This document shows positions 1-14,844 of a DNA stretch of 64,000 nt, piece after piece. Position numbers and translations under genes: made by a program. Every line of letters begins with the position of its first letter. Within the stretch, counting starts at the first letter, position 1. Below the pieces are notes generated by a model. The model did not search any database. It had not been told where the DNA came from and saw nothing but the letters and a program-made list of their open reading frames with translations. Source of the DNA: Lingula anatina (taxonomy: Eukaryota; Animalia; Brachiopoda); NCBI GenBank assembly GCA_051362555.1, contig CM120647.1, positions 12,252,651-12,316,650 of the forward strand. Reading direction: 5' to 3'.

Positions 1-254
1 TGAGTATTCCACCTACATGTACCCGCTCTCATCAAGGTGAGTATTCCACCCACATGTACCTACTCTCACTTAGGTATTTCTCTCTAAGCTAAATGCCAAA
101 ATTTTTCAAAAGTGAATTTGAACATATGGCTCAAAAACGTTGCTCTTGCACATTTCAGTTATTCAGGTATCTAATCTATAAAGTTAGAATCCAGACATTT
201 TAAAATATTACACGTCCGGAACTTTAAATTGATTATATATGTCCAATATTTCAG

Positions 255-1313
255 CCTATAGTGGCAGCAGTGGCAGATCCCTTCTATAAGATCACATCAG
301 AGGCTCTCCTTGTCACCCAACAGCTGGTGAAAGTCATCAGACCCCTAGGTAGGTGTGCAGGGCTCGACATTAGCGCCTGTCCGCCTGTCCGGGACAGGTA
401 AAAATTCAGTTCGGACAGGTGAAGTTGCAGGGTTGGCTGTCCGACGGACAGGTCATGTTTTATGAGAAATTTGGATCAAAAATCTTTAAAAAAATCATTT
501 TTTGTTGCATACTAACGTCTTTTTGCCTCTTCCTAGACAACATTGAAAAGAGTGACCTACTTTTGGCACAAAACACATGCAGTCGCAAAACGAAGTCTGA
601 GCAAACTTACCGCCAAATTATGAAAGTGAACACCCTCCAGAACTTCATCGGACAAAATTTATTCACATATCAGGTTCACTACTGAACATTTATTTAGTTA
701 AAATCTACGTGCTCTAGTAATAAAGACACTTCCAAAAACAGAAACTACACAAGTACTGGGATGAACTGGCTATATCTAGTTCGTTGTCAAGGCAACATAC
801 TGCCTGTCAATCAAACACGTGGTATGCTATCTACTCACTATAGAAAGTGAAATCTTTGGGACTGAAGATCTTGTTGAAATGTTGTTTATTTGCCAAAATA
901 TAACCTGAAATTTTGTATGATGCTTTCTTTAATGACTCTAGCATCACCTCTGTTATTTACAGTTTAAAATTTAGTGCTGGAATATGATAAATTAACATTG
1001 CTCTCATATACCAGTGTTATATTGATGTAAGGAAGAAATAAGTAATAACAAATATGAGAATTTAAATAGAAAGAAGGGGAACCTTTTTATGCTGATTTTA
1101 TTTAATTCATATATTTTTTAAAAATCAAACATGTGATAACCCCTTAAGAAGTTAAATTGTTGACATAAATATAAGTAAAGTATTATAAAATGAATATAAA
1201 ATAATGAATAAATAAAATAATATATATAATTTTCATTGAACTTTATTCAAATATTATAAAATTTGAATATTTTTATAAAATTATTTTAACAGTACCACCT
1301 CCCCACTTCCCGC

Positions 1314-1353
<40 letters not shown>

Positions 1354-3827
1354 CTTTGGTTAAACTTCATGTGAATCTGTTATCAAATTGCAGACTTATA
1401 ATTAGTAGACCCTGTACCCCAAATCCTAGAAGAAGCCCTGATGTTAAATATCAGACTTATATGCAAGATTAAATCTTCAGGGGTTCACAAGTATGAAAAA
1501 ACAACTTTTTATCTGAACATAAATTCACTTTAAGGTGCATTTTCGGGGCTCATATGACTGAATGTTTTGGTAATATATACATTAATTTAAATGTATGACT
1601 ACACGTATTAATTGACAAAGTTCAAAGGTATGAATAGAAAAAAATATTGGTTTTGTGGACAGGTTGGATTGAAAATCGGACAGGTCAAATATATGAGCAC
1701 CTGTCCGAAGGACAGGTGCTCACAAAAGTTAGTGTCTAGCCCTGGTGTGACCTGTAGTTTATGCTGTAGTGACACTTGATATAGGGGTGGCATTGTCTTG
1801 ATACACCTAGCTTATGCTGCAGTGATTCGTGGTATAGAAATGTCATTATAGCAGTGCCTTGCCCCTTTTACAGGAATGAGAGTTTTCAGACTATCGGCAG
1901 ATTTTAAACTTTAAAAGGAGTCAAAAAAAATCATTTTGAGATCTATGCAGATCTGCAATAGAAAATGGGGGGGGGGTCTGGATTCCATGCCATATTTTCA
2001 GACTTTTTAACTGTCCATTTTATCTCTGCTTTTCATGAATCCTCATTGGCCTTTGACCTTAAGATGTATCCTCCATCCCTCATCAACCTACCCCCATTAC
2101 TTCACCCACCTTCATAAATGGTATCTTATTTGGGGGGGTCTAGGTTCCTTTTATAGTCTTTGTTGGTTTGTAAGTTTACAGCCTAACTTTGACTTAGGGG
2201 TTGATTTTGATCAAACGTTCAGTATGTCAGAAATGGGCTTACTTACAATCTACTTCGACGTAGTTGTTATCTTTTCATTAATTAATTACAAAATTATAAA
2301 AGCAAGCAAAGATCTGCCTTGATAGAGGTCTACCCACTCTGATGGTATTTAATGTAAATTTTTGCTCTATTTTTCTCTCTTGCAGATAGTATCACAAACT
2401 TTGACTTCACCCAGTATGTGTGGCCAGTATATCAGTGTACACTGGGCAGGTTGAAGGCAGCTGACATTGACCAGGAAGTGAAGGAGAGGGCCATTTCATG
2501 CATGTAAGTTCACTATGAGGTGTGTTTACATTTGTTATAGGGCGGCGCTTCTTGGTACAAGCTGTGATTATCAAAGAGAGGGTCATTTCATGAATGGAAG
2601 TTCAGACACTTAGAGACATGTTTTCATGTCACAGGGTGCCAGGTTGCAAATAGATTTGAGTTCTAAGAACTGCTATTCATTGAAATCAGTGTTGCACATG
2701 ACAGTTATATATTGCACACTGTTCAACACTTTGTGTTTAAAAGAGACAAAAGTCTTTGCATGTTAATATTTGTATGAGAAATCATCCACAGCACTCCACA
2801 TTTTATTTCCTTCTTTTCTAGGGGTCAGGTGATCTGTAACCTTGGCGACAGTCTCAGTGCGGAACTGGGCACCTGTTTGCCCATCTTCCTGGAACGGCTG
2901 AAGAATGAGATCACGCGACTGACCACAGTCAAGGCTTTGACCATGATAGCCGGGTCACCACTAAAGATTGACCTCAGGCCAATCATGGTAATTAGAATGT
3001 TTTCATTTTAAATCTAATTTAAGAGATGTTTGTGGATCGGATTTTGCAACTGGATTTTGTTGTTAATAGTAAACGCAATTAACAAAAAGAAATTACTTGA
3101 TTGAGCTGTGATATTAATATAACTGGAAACAATTAAGAAAAACATATTTTCTCTGAGACTTAGCATGTGTCAGATTAAGTTTTTTAAGAGTTACCACTTT
3201 GAGCAAAGCCAGACCTTTTTTTTTTAATATAATTTAAATTTATAATTTAAAATTAGTATTTTTTACTTTTTATTAATTTAATTTATATAATTTTCAATCC
3301 AGAGCGAGGGAATACCAATTTTAGCTTCTTTCCTAAGGAAGAACCATCGTGCTCTAAAACTGTGCACTTTAACTTGTTTGGACGTCATGGTTAAAAACTA
3401 TGGTAAGTGAACAAACTGTTTACTGACAGTGCCCTCAAGTATTAATCATGTACAAATAATTCCTTTGGATCTTATAAAGTTACCTTAATACTGACAGAAT
3501 GCTTCATTTTGTATAGTTTTATGAAATTTCTTTGCATGATGACTGTTCAGTAGCTTTATCACTTCTGAGACAGTTGCAGAGAAGCTGTCAAAACAGTAAT
3601 CAAGCAAAGTATACTGTGGATCTGTACAAAATAATTTTTTTCTTTTTAGTGTCTTATCACAATATTTATTTGAATTTGCAACTAAAAGTTGGATGATACA
3701 GTAATAGTACTAAAATTGCTATAATGATAATAATAAAAGATACAGCAAAGAACATTGAAATACATTCTCTAACACATTTTCTAGAGATGCATTAAACGTG
3801 AAATTTGTAGACTGAATATAGTTGCTT

Positions 3828-3878
<51 letters not shown>

Positions 3879-6800
3879 AAAATGTTTTCAACCTCTGTGA
3901 TAATAGACTGGGTTCCCATGCCTAGCTGGATCCATCTGGATCGGTCTAACTCCCTGGGGAGTCTCACTAAATTGCTATCAACTAACTGGCTGAAAAGTCT
4001 GTCACGCCTACCGAATCAGCTAGGGGGTAAAGATGATTACCCCCTAACAGCTTTACTAGGCGTGGCAGACATTTAAGCAGGTCAAGTTGATAACAATTTA
4101 GTGAGACTCCCCAGGGAGATAGATCAATCCAAATATCTGAGTGTGTGAATGGTCCCCTAGATGTCCTGTATAACCCTTACGAAAAAGTCCTATAGGATCC
4201 TATAAGATCCTATAGGATCTTATAGGACTTTTTCGTTAGGGAATGTACCATACCCAGTAAGTACACAGTTCCTCATTGCAAGTGGTGTAACAGTTTTGGT
4301 GTAGAAGCTTGTTAATATGTAAAGCTGTACTGGGTTTAACTTCAGGGAATGCCTTGACTACAGCCATGATAGCTGACATCATGAAGGAACTCCCACCTTT
4401 GATCAACGAGGCCGACCTGCATATTTCCCAGGTAGGTTAAAATCTCTGTTTTTGTCAGGTAGGTGAAATCTTCGGGTCTTTTTCAGCATGTGAAATCTCA
4501 TGTTTCTCAAGTTGATGAATTGTGCATTTTTTAGGTAGATGAAAAAGATTATGATGTCAAATCACATTAATGAAGTTTGTTATTTTAAATAATTGATGAA
4601 AAAGATTATGATGTCAAATCACATTAATGAAGTTTGTTATTTTAAATAATTTTTCATTTTGTGTACACAAGGAAACACACACACATTTATGCATGGAAAC
4701 ATGCACACACACACACTGTGTCTGTCCATATTACAAAGTGAATGAAAATTGCACATTTCTGCTTCCCATTACAAGTGCATGATTCATTATTAAATACAAT
4801 TATCTTGACCTTCCAGTTAACCCTGAGCTTACTGACATCTGTTTCCCACATCCACAAAGGATCCATGGCGGACATACAGTCTGGAATACTGCCCCAGATC
4901 CTGGTGTTGGTGAGATCTCCTTTGTTACAAGGTAGGGGATTTTACATATATACTGATAGTCAATGAAAACGCATCAGAAATCTTTCTTGTACTTTTTTAA
5001 CGAGAATCGATTCCAACCATATAAACGAGTACAAATGCACTTGTTTGGTCATAAGAGAGTCACCTTGTTTGACTGAATAATGGGTCATATTTCACACATA
5101 AACTGTTATTTTCTTAATGTGCCAAATGAACTTTAATGTAAGTTGATAAATAAATGATGCATTTTCATTGATTGTCAGTATATATATATATATATATATT
5201 TTTTTTTTTTTACACATTTTAATTATTATTACAGGGGTGATATATTACCAAATATTGGCAGATTTCTGACTTTTTGGTAAGCTAGAAATTTCTGCGAGGT
5301 TATTCTACGCTAAACATTCTTTGCTCTTCTCTAGGTGTTGCCCTGAACTCTTTGCTGGAGTTTTTCCAAGCTCTGGTAAACTGTGGGTTGGCTGGTATGG
5401 GCTTTAGACAGCTACTTCAGATGTTAACAGCACCAGTGTATCACCCTTCATCTGCTACACAGCCAGCTAACTCAACCCTGGCCGTTCACAAACAGGTATG
5501 TTTGTTGTAGGGCACAAGAAATAATTAAGCCATAAGCTGAAAGTGTGCGGCACTGCACTGTTCAAGATGTGGAAATTGAATCAAACATGCATGCGCACCT
5601 AGATGCAGGTGGCGCTGCTGCAGGTGGCACTGCTGGGACTCGTGCAATTTACTAGGCAGCGGGCATTGTGTGATGCGTTTAAATCAGATTATCAATGTTA
5701 ATCTCCACATAAAAATATTCTATAACATAACACAGTTCAGGGGGGGGATTAAGGCAGTCTTCAGAGTCTTCTGGAAGACGGTCAGATTTTCAAGTTTACA
5801 TCGACAGGTATGTAATTTTCTGTCGGAAGAAGGTCAAAAATGGATGATGGATCAGCAAAGAAAATTTGGAAGACTGTCAGAAAATATCTCTGGATCTAAC
5901 CCTGCATGTTCTACCCTGGTGGTGGGGCATGTTTTCAAAAGTCTCTTTGAATCATTTTGAATCATGTTGAATTTCTGAGCCTTCTCTATTGTCTCTCATT
6001 CCTGTACAACTTTTAGGAAGCAAACTGGACAAAAACATTTCACTAGCGGGTAGTAAGAGATATTATCAAAAAATCTCTTTGACTACACCTACACTTTTTT
6101 TTACAATACCCACAATGAGTTTACTCAGCAATAGCTGTATACATCTGTTTTGTCCTTTTATTTATAATTGTTGCCGACAGTGTCGTCGGCAATTTTTGTT
6201 TCATTTGTTTGTGTTGTTCGTCATGTTTACTTTGTGTTGTCTCGTCTTGGTGTGAGTGGCGCCCTCATATGTTGGATGATTGGTGTTCTGTTGAGTGGTA
6301 ATAAAACGTCACCATGTATTGTCATGGTTGGAACACGCCTAGTACTGTACGCGAATGAGTGGAGGCAGCATTGTTATGTATGTATTTAGTTATTTTATAT
6401 ATGTGTTTTATTGTAATTTCTTTATTGTGATATTTGTATTAAGTTGAAATTTATATTTTGTTATTCTGTTACTTTCATTTGTTTCATTTGTTTCAATTAT
6501 TTCAGTTCACCGTCATCAGTTTGTGTCAAGACGTGTGTAAATAAATGTTTATACCTCCACCGGAAAATTATGTTTTTGTATTCGCAACAATAATTATTGG
6601 TATTAAATAGCTTGTTATTTTGACATTCAAACTAAGTCCCTCAGTCTTTTTCTTCATCTGTTCATAGAAGTTAGCCAGATTCCCATTGTAATATTGAACT
6701 GTTTTAGCATGTTTTATATTTCTGATTATAGGCGTTTCACTCCATTGCCCAGTGTGTTGCCGTTCTGACAATAGCGTGTAAAAACGAGGCTTCCACGGTT

Positions 6801-9800
6801 GTCAATCAGTTTGTGGCAGACATAAAGGTAGGTGGCACTGCTTTGCAAGACAAACATGAAGAGAAGTAGGTTATATTGTGTTAATGCGTTAATAGTATGT
6901 ACATGCCAGTTTTAGTTGTAAATCGGTCCATTGCAGGCATAAAGATAGAGGGTGCTGCTTTACAAGACAAGCTCAAAGAAGTAAAAACAATTAGGTATAA
7001 TGTTGATGATATTATATGCATACCCCAGCCAGGCCTATCATTTATTTTACATTTGAATGAACTGAGAGCTTTTTAAAATGCCAAAATGTGAACTTAAGGA
7101 AACCTTTTGGTTCATGAAATAAAAAAAAGAAAAGGTGCTCGCTTTTTAGTTATTTATTGTTTTCTTTTTATGTACAGACACAGATGTGTCTGTACATATT
7201 GCCATCACCTGCGTCTGTCGTCGCCGTCGCCGTCGCCGGCGCCGTGCACTTTCCTTGTAAACACGATAAGTGGAGGGCAGTTTTACTTTTTGGGTTTATA
7301 GTTACAGAGCTGATGAATATTCATAAAACGCAGGTCAAGTTCGAAAATCAGCATGATCGGGCCATTATTGTAGAAGTTATGCTGTTTTTTCACTTTTCAA
7401 CATATATGCAACCCTGTAAACACATTTTAAGGAAAACCGTTAGGCCTGTTGTCATGAAACTCACAGGAGTAATCAATCTTACTAAAACGCAGGTCAAGTT
7501 TGAAAATCGGCATGATAGGGCCACTATTTTAGTAGTTATGCTGTTTTTTCATTTTTCAGCATATATGCAACACTGTAAACACAATATAAGAAGAACAGAT
7601 AGGCCAATTGTCATTAAACTCACAGGAGTGGTCAATCTTACTAAAACGCAGGTTGAGTTCGAAAATGAGCATAATCGGGCCATTATTTTAGAAGTTATGC
7701 TGTTTTTTCACATTTCCTCAGATTTCCTCAGATTTCATTCTTAGGCATGTTAATAGCCTTATTATTTAAGTAATAAGATACGTAAAAGTGTTTGTTTGAC
7801 ATTTCCTGCATCTTTACAACATTGTTAGTTGATTATGTAAAAATGATGGTAAACTTGTTATCGTGTATTGTGTAATAAAGTGTCAAAAATGGAAATAAAC
7901 TCATATCATTGCAGTTTGTCAGATTCAATCATTCACTATGTTCAGAATCTCAGAATGGAAGAAATTGGACATTTAACACTGTTCTATTGATATTTTTCAC
8001 ATCTCATCAATTTTCTTAGTTGATCTTATAAAAATGGCAGTAACCTTTTAATTTTATTTTATGTTAAAAAAGTGTTAAAAATGGAAATAAACCCATTTCA
8101 GAACAGTGCAGTCTTGTTTACATTTTGGCATTTTTAAGGTGTGACTTTGAAGTTCCATCGGCCTAAAAACCTTTGTTAGTCACGTTTACTATTTGTCCAT
8201 GATACTAATATTTTATTATTAAAAATTGATGGTTATTATGCTGTTAAACATTATGTAATATTGCATCAAAATTTGAAAAAAACCTATTTTGGGCACTGCT
8301 CCCAAGATGACCATTTAAGAAAAACCATGTCACTTACTGTTCTCAAACAGTACAGTTAGTATGTACAGATGTGTCTGTACATATTGCCATCACCTGCGTC
8401 TGTCGTCGCCGTCGTTGCCATCACTGTCGCTGTCGCCGGCGCCGTGCACTTTCATTGTAAACACGATAAGTGGAAGGCAGTTTTACTTTTCGAAAATCAG
8501 CATGATCGGGCCATTAATGTAGAAGTTATGCTGTTTTTTCACTTTTCAGCATATATGCAACACTGTAAACACATTTCAAGGAAAACCGATAAGCTTTTTG
8601 TCTTGAAACTCACAGGAGTAATCGATCTTACTATAACGCAGGTCAAGTTCGAAAATCGGCATGATTGGGCCACTATTTTAGAAGTTATGCTTTTTTTTTC
8701 ACTTTTCAGCATATATGCAACACTGTAAACACAATATAAGAAAAACAGATAGGCCAATTGTCATTAATTCACAGGAGATGATTATGTAAAAATGATGTTA
8801 AACTTGTTATTGTGTATTGTGTAATAAAGTTTCAAAAATGGAAATAAACTCATATCATTGCAGTTTGTCAGATTCAATCATTCACTATGTTCAGAATCTC
8901 AGAATGGAAGAGATTGGACATTTAACACTGCTCTGTTGATATTTTTCCCATCTCATCAATTTTCTTAGTTGATCATATAAAAAGGGCAGAAAACTGTTAA
9001 TTTTGTTTTATGTTAAAAATTGTTAAAAATGGAAAAAAAAACATTTCAGAACAGTGCTGTCTCGTTTACATTTTGGCATTTTCAAGTTGTGACTTTGAAG
9101 TTCCATGGGCCTGAAGACCTTTGCTAGTCACATTTTCTGAATATCCATAATACTAATATTTTATTATTAAAGTTGATGGTCATTATGCTGTTTAACATTA
9201 TGTAATATTGCATCAAAATTTGAAAAAAAAACTATTTTGGGCACTGCTCCCATGATGACCATTTAAGAAAAACCATGTCATTTACTGTTCTCAAACTTAC
9301 AGGAAAGAAACATGGGACTAAAATACAGCTTCAGTAGGAAATACAGTCTGTTTGGTAATTCTTACTGCCAGTCAAACAGTTATTTTGTGAAAATTTAATT
9401 TTTCACATATTGGCATTTTCAAGGTGTGACTTTGAAGTTCCACGGGCTTGAAGACCCATGCTAGTCACATTTTCTGAAAATCCATGATATGTATATTTTA
9501 TTATTAAAAATTGACGGTCATTATGCTGTTAACCATTATGTAATATTGCATCAGAATAGAAGAAAACACAATTTTGGGTGCTGCTGCCATGATGACCATT
9601 ATGGGAAAACCATGTTACTTATGATTGCCAAACTTTCAAAAAAGAAATACGGGACTAAAATGCAGTCTGAGTTGGCAAAGCAGTCTAAGTGACTTCTTTT
9701 TCTGGAAGTTATACATTTTCAAAGTGTAAACTTGTCACATATTTCAATTACATTGGTATTACCTGTTGAGGATAATTAAAATTTGATGTTGAATTTGCAG

Positions 9801-12800
9801 TTTAACATAATGTATTTTTGCATCAGAATTGACAGTAGCCTATTTTGTGCATAGTTATTTCCTGTTTTTTGTCTGTACATTTGACAGCTTTGCTGCCTTG
9901 TTCTGTACTGTGCATGCATGATGATTTACATGTGTAATTCTCTTCCAGAACTCCAGTTCGACAGACTCTGTGAAGTTATTTGCATTGTTGGCACTGGGGG
10001 AAGTTGGACGACATGTGTATGTCATGTTTTTATGTGTCATTGCTACTACCAATACTATCATGTATATCTTGTAGTTGCAAGCATGGCAGCTTTGTTCTCT
10101 GACATGAAAAAAGTTGAATTATTACCAAAAGCACAATAACAAGACAGGGATTTTAAAATGGCTAGTAATAGTAGATTAAAAAAAAAAACAAAACAATTAT
10201 TAAGAAATTGCAAACGATTAGTTGGATTCATAGCAGAGAGTTGCTGATGATAATATGAATCTTAAAATGAAGTATGTTTTGTATTAATTTAAATTGGACT
10301 AAAAAGTTCACTGAGGACCATATTACATATTTAATTTAAAGCAAAACATGCTTTTTTGGATATTAAATGACATGTGATAGTGTTGTATGCTCACCACTGT
10401 TATTGTATCTTTTGATGAATTTTTTTGATTATTGTTTTCACTACAGAGACTTAAGTGGCCAAGGTGAATTAGAGAAGGTAATCCTTGATTCGTTCTCGTC
10501 TCACAACGAGGAGGTCAAATCTGCAGCATCGTATGCTTTAGGTGGGTAACAGAAAAAAGTTTGAATGTATCAGACAGAAAAGAATACTGAATGACCAAAA
10601 AAAGAAAACTGACTCAGTAAAAAGGAAGAAAGAAAATAAAACAGATTGGTGATTAACCTAATAAAGAAAGTAAATAAATGGATATAAAAAAGAGATAAAA
10701 AAGGGTGCACATTTACTTGAAGAAATGGAAAATGTACAATATGTCATGTAATTAAAATAAAGTAATGAAAAAATAAAAATATCAGACTTAAAAAATGGAA
10801 AATCTACATGTAAATGAATTAAAAGATAGAAAAGGATACAATGTCATGTTATATTGAAAAGAAAGAAACCATTAGATACAAATTAGTACCAAATGTAAGA
10901 TTTAAATGAATGCATTAGCAAAAATAAATCTCTTACAGATTGTATATTCTCATCAGACATTGCTTTTGTATTTTAGGCAGTGTCAGTGTAGGTAACCTGC
11001 CCAAGTATTTGCCCTTCGTTCTAAAAGAAATTGAAGACCAACCAAAACGGCAGTATTTACTCTTACACTCTCTAAAAGAGGTGAGTTAAAGACGTATTTA
11101 GCACTATTATTTGATTGTCCCAGTAGAGTTTATAAAGTTGAAATGTGCACAGTTTGGGTAGGTTTCTTTAATGCTTTTTACTAGCACACAGAAACATTGG
11201 TTTTGCTGTAAGACTGCATTCCCACAGATATAAGATCGATCTATCCTCGTGGGGAGTCTCACTAGATTACTGTCAGCTTAGCTGGCTTAAATGTCTGTCC
11301 CGCCTACTAATAGCTGTAAGGGGGTAATTAACTTCTGTGCGCACTCGGCTGACAGCAATTTAAAGTGAACCCCCTGGGAGTTAGGTCGATCCAGAGGGAT
11401 TGATCTAATTCTGTGGGAATGCAGTCTAAGTGTCCAGCAAAAGAACTGACAAGAAGAAAAATATGGACTGTTTTGTAATTGGTTGAGCTTTCGAGTTGCG
11501 AACATCTTTTTCTCATCATTTTCAAAGTAGGTAAATTTTTATTGTAAGTGAATGTTAATTCTTGTAATTGTTTATGAAACAATTTTATTTACCGCTGTGG
11601 AGTTTTTAAAGCTGGGGCATGATTTTTATAGATAAATTGCCTTTATTACATTTTTTATTTTTATTTTTAGATAATAAGTTCTGAATCGGCAACACAAACT
11701 TCAGTAGAGGTGCTCAAGCCATATATTGTTACAATATGGTAAGTTTTAATATATTGTTACAAAATGGTAAGTTATTGTAACAGTATGGTAAGTTTAAGTA
11801 TACTGTAACAATATATTTAAATATATTGAAACAATATGGTAAGTTTTAATGTACTGTAACAATGTGTAAAGTTGAAACATACTGTTACAATATCTTGATA
11901 AGTTTAAACATACTGTTTAAACAGAAGTGCATCTGCAGAAAACTGCACCAGTGACAAATACTGTACCTTGTCATTCCACCTCAAATGCATTGAAGAAAAA
12001 GAAAAAAAAACATTTAAAAACGTTTGTTGAACATTTGCATATAAGTTAACTTTGCCATAAAATGTTGCCAAGTGTGGCAAATTATTGACATTTATTCACA
12101 CTTATTTATTTGTTATTATTATTGTTAAAAAAATAATGATGAAAGTATAATATTTTACTGAATCCTTTATTAAAGAAGTAACTATCTGGAAATAATTTTT
12201 CCTAAGGGCCATGTTGTTTCACCACTGTGAGTGTCCGGAAGAAGGCACAAGAAACGTAGTAGCCGAGTGTCTGGGAAAACTTACGCTGATCGACCCAAAT
12301 AATTTATTGCCTGAGCTTCAAAAACATTTGACGTCACCATCAGCCTTGACCCGGAGTACGGTTGTTACTGCTGTAAAGTTTACAATATCAGATCAGGTGA
12401 GTAGATATAATTTATACCTGAAATTAATATTGATGTGTATAATACTGGGATAGCTCTGGCTTTTTTTTTTTTTTCTTAGCCAAGTCACTACATTATTGAT
12501 ATGTATAATTATAGCCACAGCCACAGAGGCAACATGGTAGCCTGTCACAGATACAAACCCCAACTTGTGAAAATTTTTAGGTATATTATGCCAGTCTGCG
12601 AAATAAACGGTTGTCCGATTGCCCGGGACAACTAAAAAGTACGTCGGGCAACTTAAAATTACGAAGTTGTTGTCTGGTCGGGCAACTGAATAATTTATGG
12701 ACATAAAGAGTAAATCTTTGTCAAAATCTACACAGAAAACAAAATTTTAGGTTAACCTAAATCGTTATGTTTTCCTCGAGATTCACTGTCGCAGTAACCG

Positions 12801-14813
12801 ACCTGCTGACTTCGACGTGTTTGTGCAGAATCTCTGTTGCTATTATTAGATCTACAGTTATTTATAGCACTGCCAGTAGCTGGTCGTTTAGACAGGAAGA
12901 TGACGTAATGCCTGGGGAGGGGGGGTGGTGTTATGTTTGCCGCTTTTTCATTGGTCGAAATGAAACAATGGCGGACATTACTTCAAAATCATTGTGCTTC
13001 TATCTTCCGCGTGTTTCTCTATCCAACTTTCGTCATGGAGAAGTTTCTGAAATATTTTGACGGTGCAAACCCCGGATAAAGGTTACCCTAACAAACAGCT
13101 GAGCCAGAAATGTCAAAGAAAAAGAAATTATACGAAATTAAACAGATACACGCTGAAGAGGATTTCTACCGTCACGGCAATCCAGGCGCACTTGCATTTT
13201 TGACAGCATAGCTCAGCGTGCAAAGCATGCTGTCAAGGAGATTCTTCACCTTTCGTTCAAGGCAAAACCTCACTACAGTAAGATGGCATTAAGAAGCACA
13301 AGTCCTCAGAGCAGCACGTCAAAGCGACGGCGCGAGTGCTGGCGGCTCCTGCTGCTAATCAAAGTGTCGCGGTGGACTGCTTGCATCGGCTGCAGAAGGC
13401 AGAATCTGAACGTCTAGTCTAGGAGTTTTAATGAGAACATGTAAGTTTCAATTTTTTTATTTTTTTAAATTTGTACTTGTTCTTGTTTTCTGCTTTTAAG
13501 TATTTTTAACTTCTTTTTAATAAAAGATAAAAGTGAAATTCTGATGACGATTGATTTGTTTTTAGACAAGCACTTTTTCTGGAAAGAGAAGAATTAGTCT
13601 TCCAATTTTTTTTTTTTCATTTTTATGGTACTGTATGATATTTTGTATTGAATTATTTACTTGTCTTTTCTAGCAGGAGGTAGTTACAGATTCTTTGGTT
13701 ACTTCAATGGGGAATGATGAAGATGAATTTGATGAAGTAGATGAGATCTATGAAGATGGAAGAAAACAGTGTTTTTATTTTTTTGTCCTTCAGAGACTAG
13801 TATAAACCAGACATTTCATTATGTTTAATAAAGTGACATTCCTTCTTATATACAGACACTCTATATTCTGATCACCCTGTCTGTCCATGCTGTCCAACAT
13901 GTCTTGTACTATATCATTATTACAAAGGTGAAGATGAATGTGATGAAGTAAATGAGATGGAGATGGCAGAAAATACAGCATTTTAATTGTTTACTATGAT
14001 AATTGTACATATAATAAATTAATGTGTCCACATTTCAAACTAAGTTAATAGACTAAGAGGCAGAGAAATGGAGAATGCTATTACACTTTGCTAGCAGGAA
14101 ATATATAGAAAAATATTCTTCATTTATGATTTTGGCTTGTTTTCAAATCTTTACCTGGAATGCCTTCTTTTACTAGAAAATATTCTAGTATTTGTACAAT
14201 ATGTATGATGATGTATAGTTGTTCTTAAAATAATTGTTTGTGGGAAGGAAGACGTAACCAAATGCTGCATTGTTGCTGTTGAGGTTCTTTAACATTAAAC
14301 TGCTCATCATCTGTTTATTTGCATAAGTTAATCTGTTTAAAGCTACAAAGCGCATGTTAGCCTTCACCCCGCTGAAATAAAAAGGGATCTAGGAAGTTTT
14401 CTATTAGTTTTCTTCGATTTATTTGGGCAACCAAAAGTGAATGGGGGCAACCAAAAAATTTTAAATGGTTGTCTGATGGGACAACCACTCTAAAAAGCTT
14501 ATTTCACAGACTGTTATGCCTTGTTTGAAAATATCCAAAGTTCTAATTTACTGTGTCTAGACATCCTGCAACAAAGTCACTTAATTTTTCCTATTCAGAA
14601 AGAAAAATACAACACCCTCTAAAATAAAAACGCTGTATGTTGATGTTTCTTTCTGAAATGTACAGGAAGATGTGGTCTGAGTGACAGGCCATTCACTTAG
14701 AACTAAATCTATTCATTAAATATTTTGGAAAGTTCAGGGAAGGATCAAGCAGTGATTCTTGGTTTGGATAAATTTGTTTTTAATCGAGGTTTTTATTTCT
14801 TGGTGGGGTGTGT

Positions 14814-14844
<31 letters not shown>

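Noticed and set aside
3829-3875. Poly-Lys and poly-Phe ORFs
   Set aside because: They are translations of an intronic poly(T) tract.
7157-8728. 195-aa and 119-aa repetitive ORFs in a CAND1 intron
   Set aside because: They come from 159-bp tandem units (a multiple of 3) of a HINE-like repeat and show no recognisable domain.
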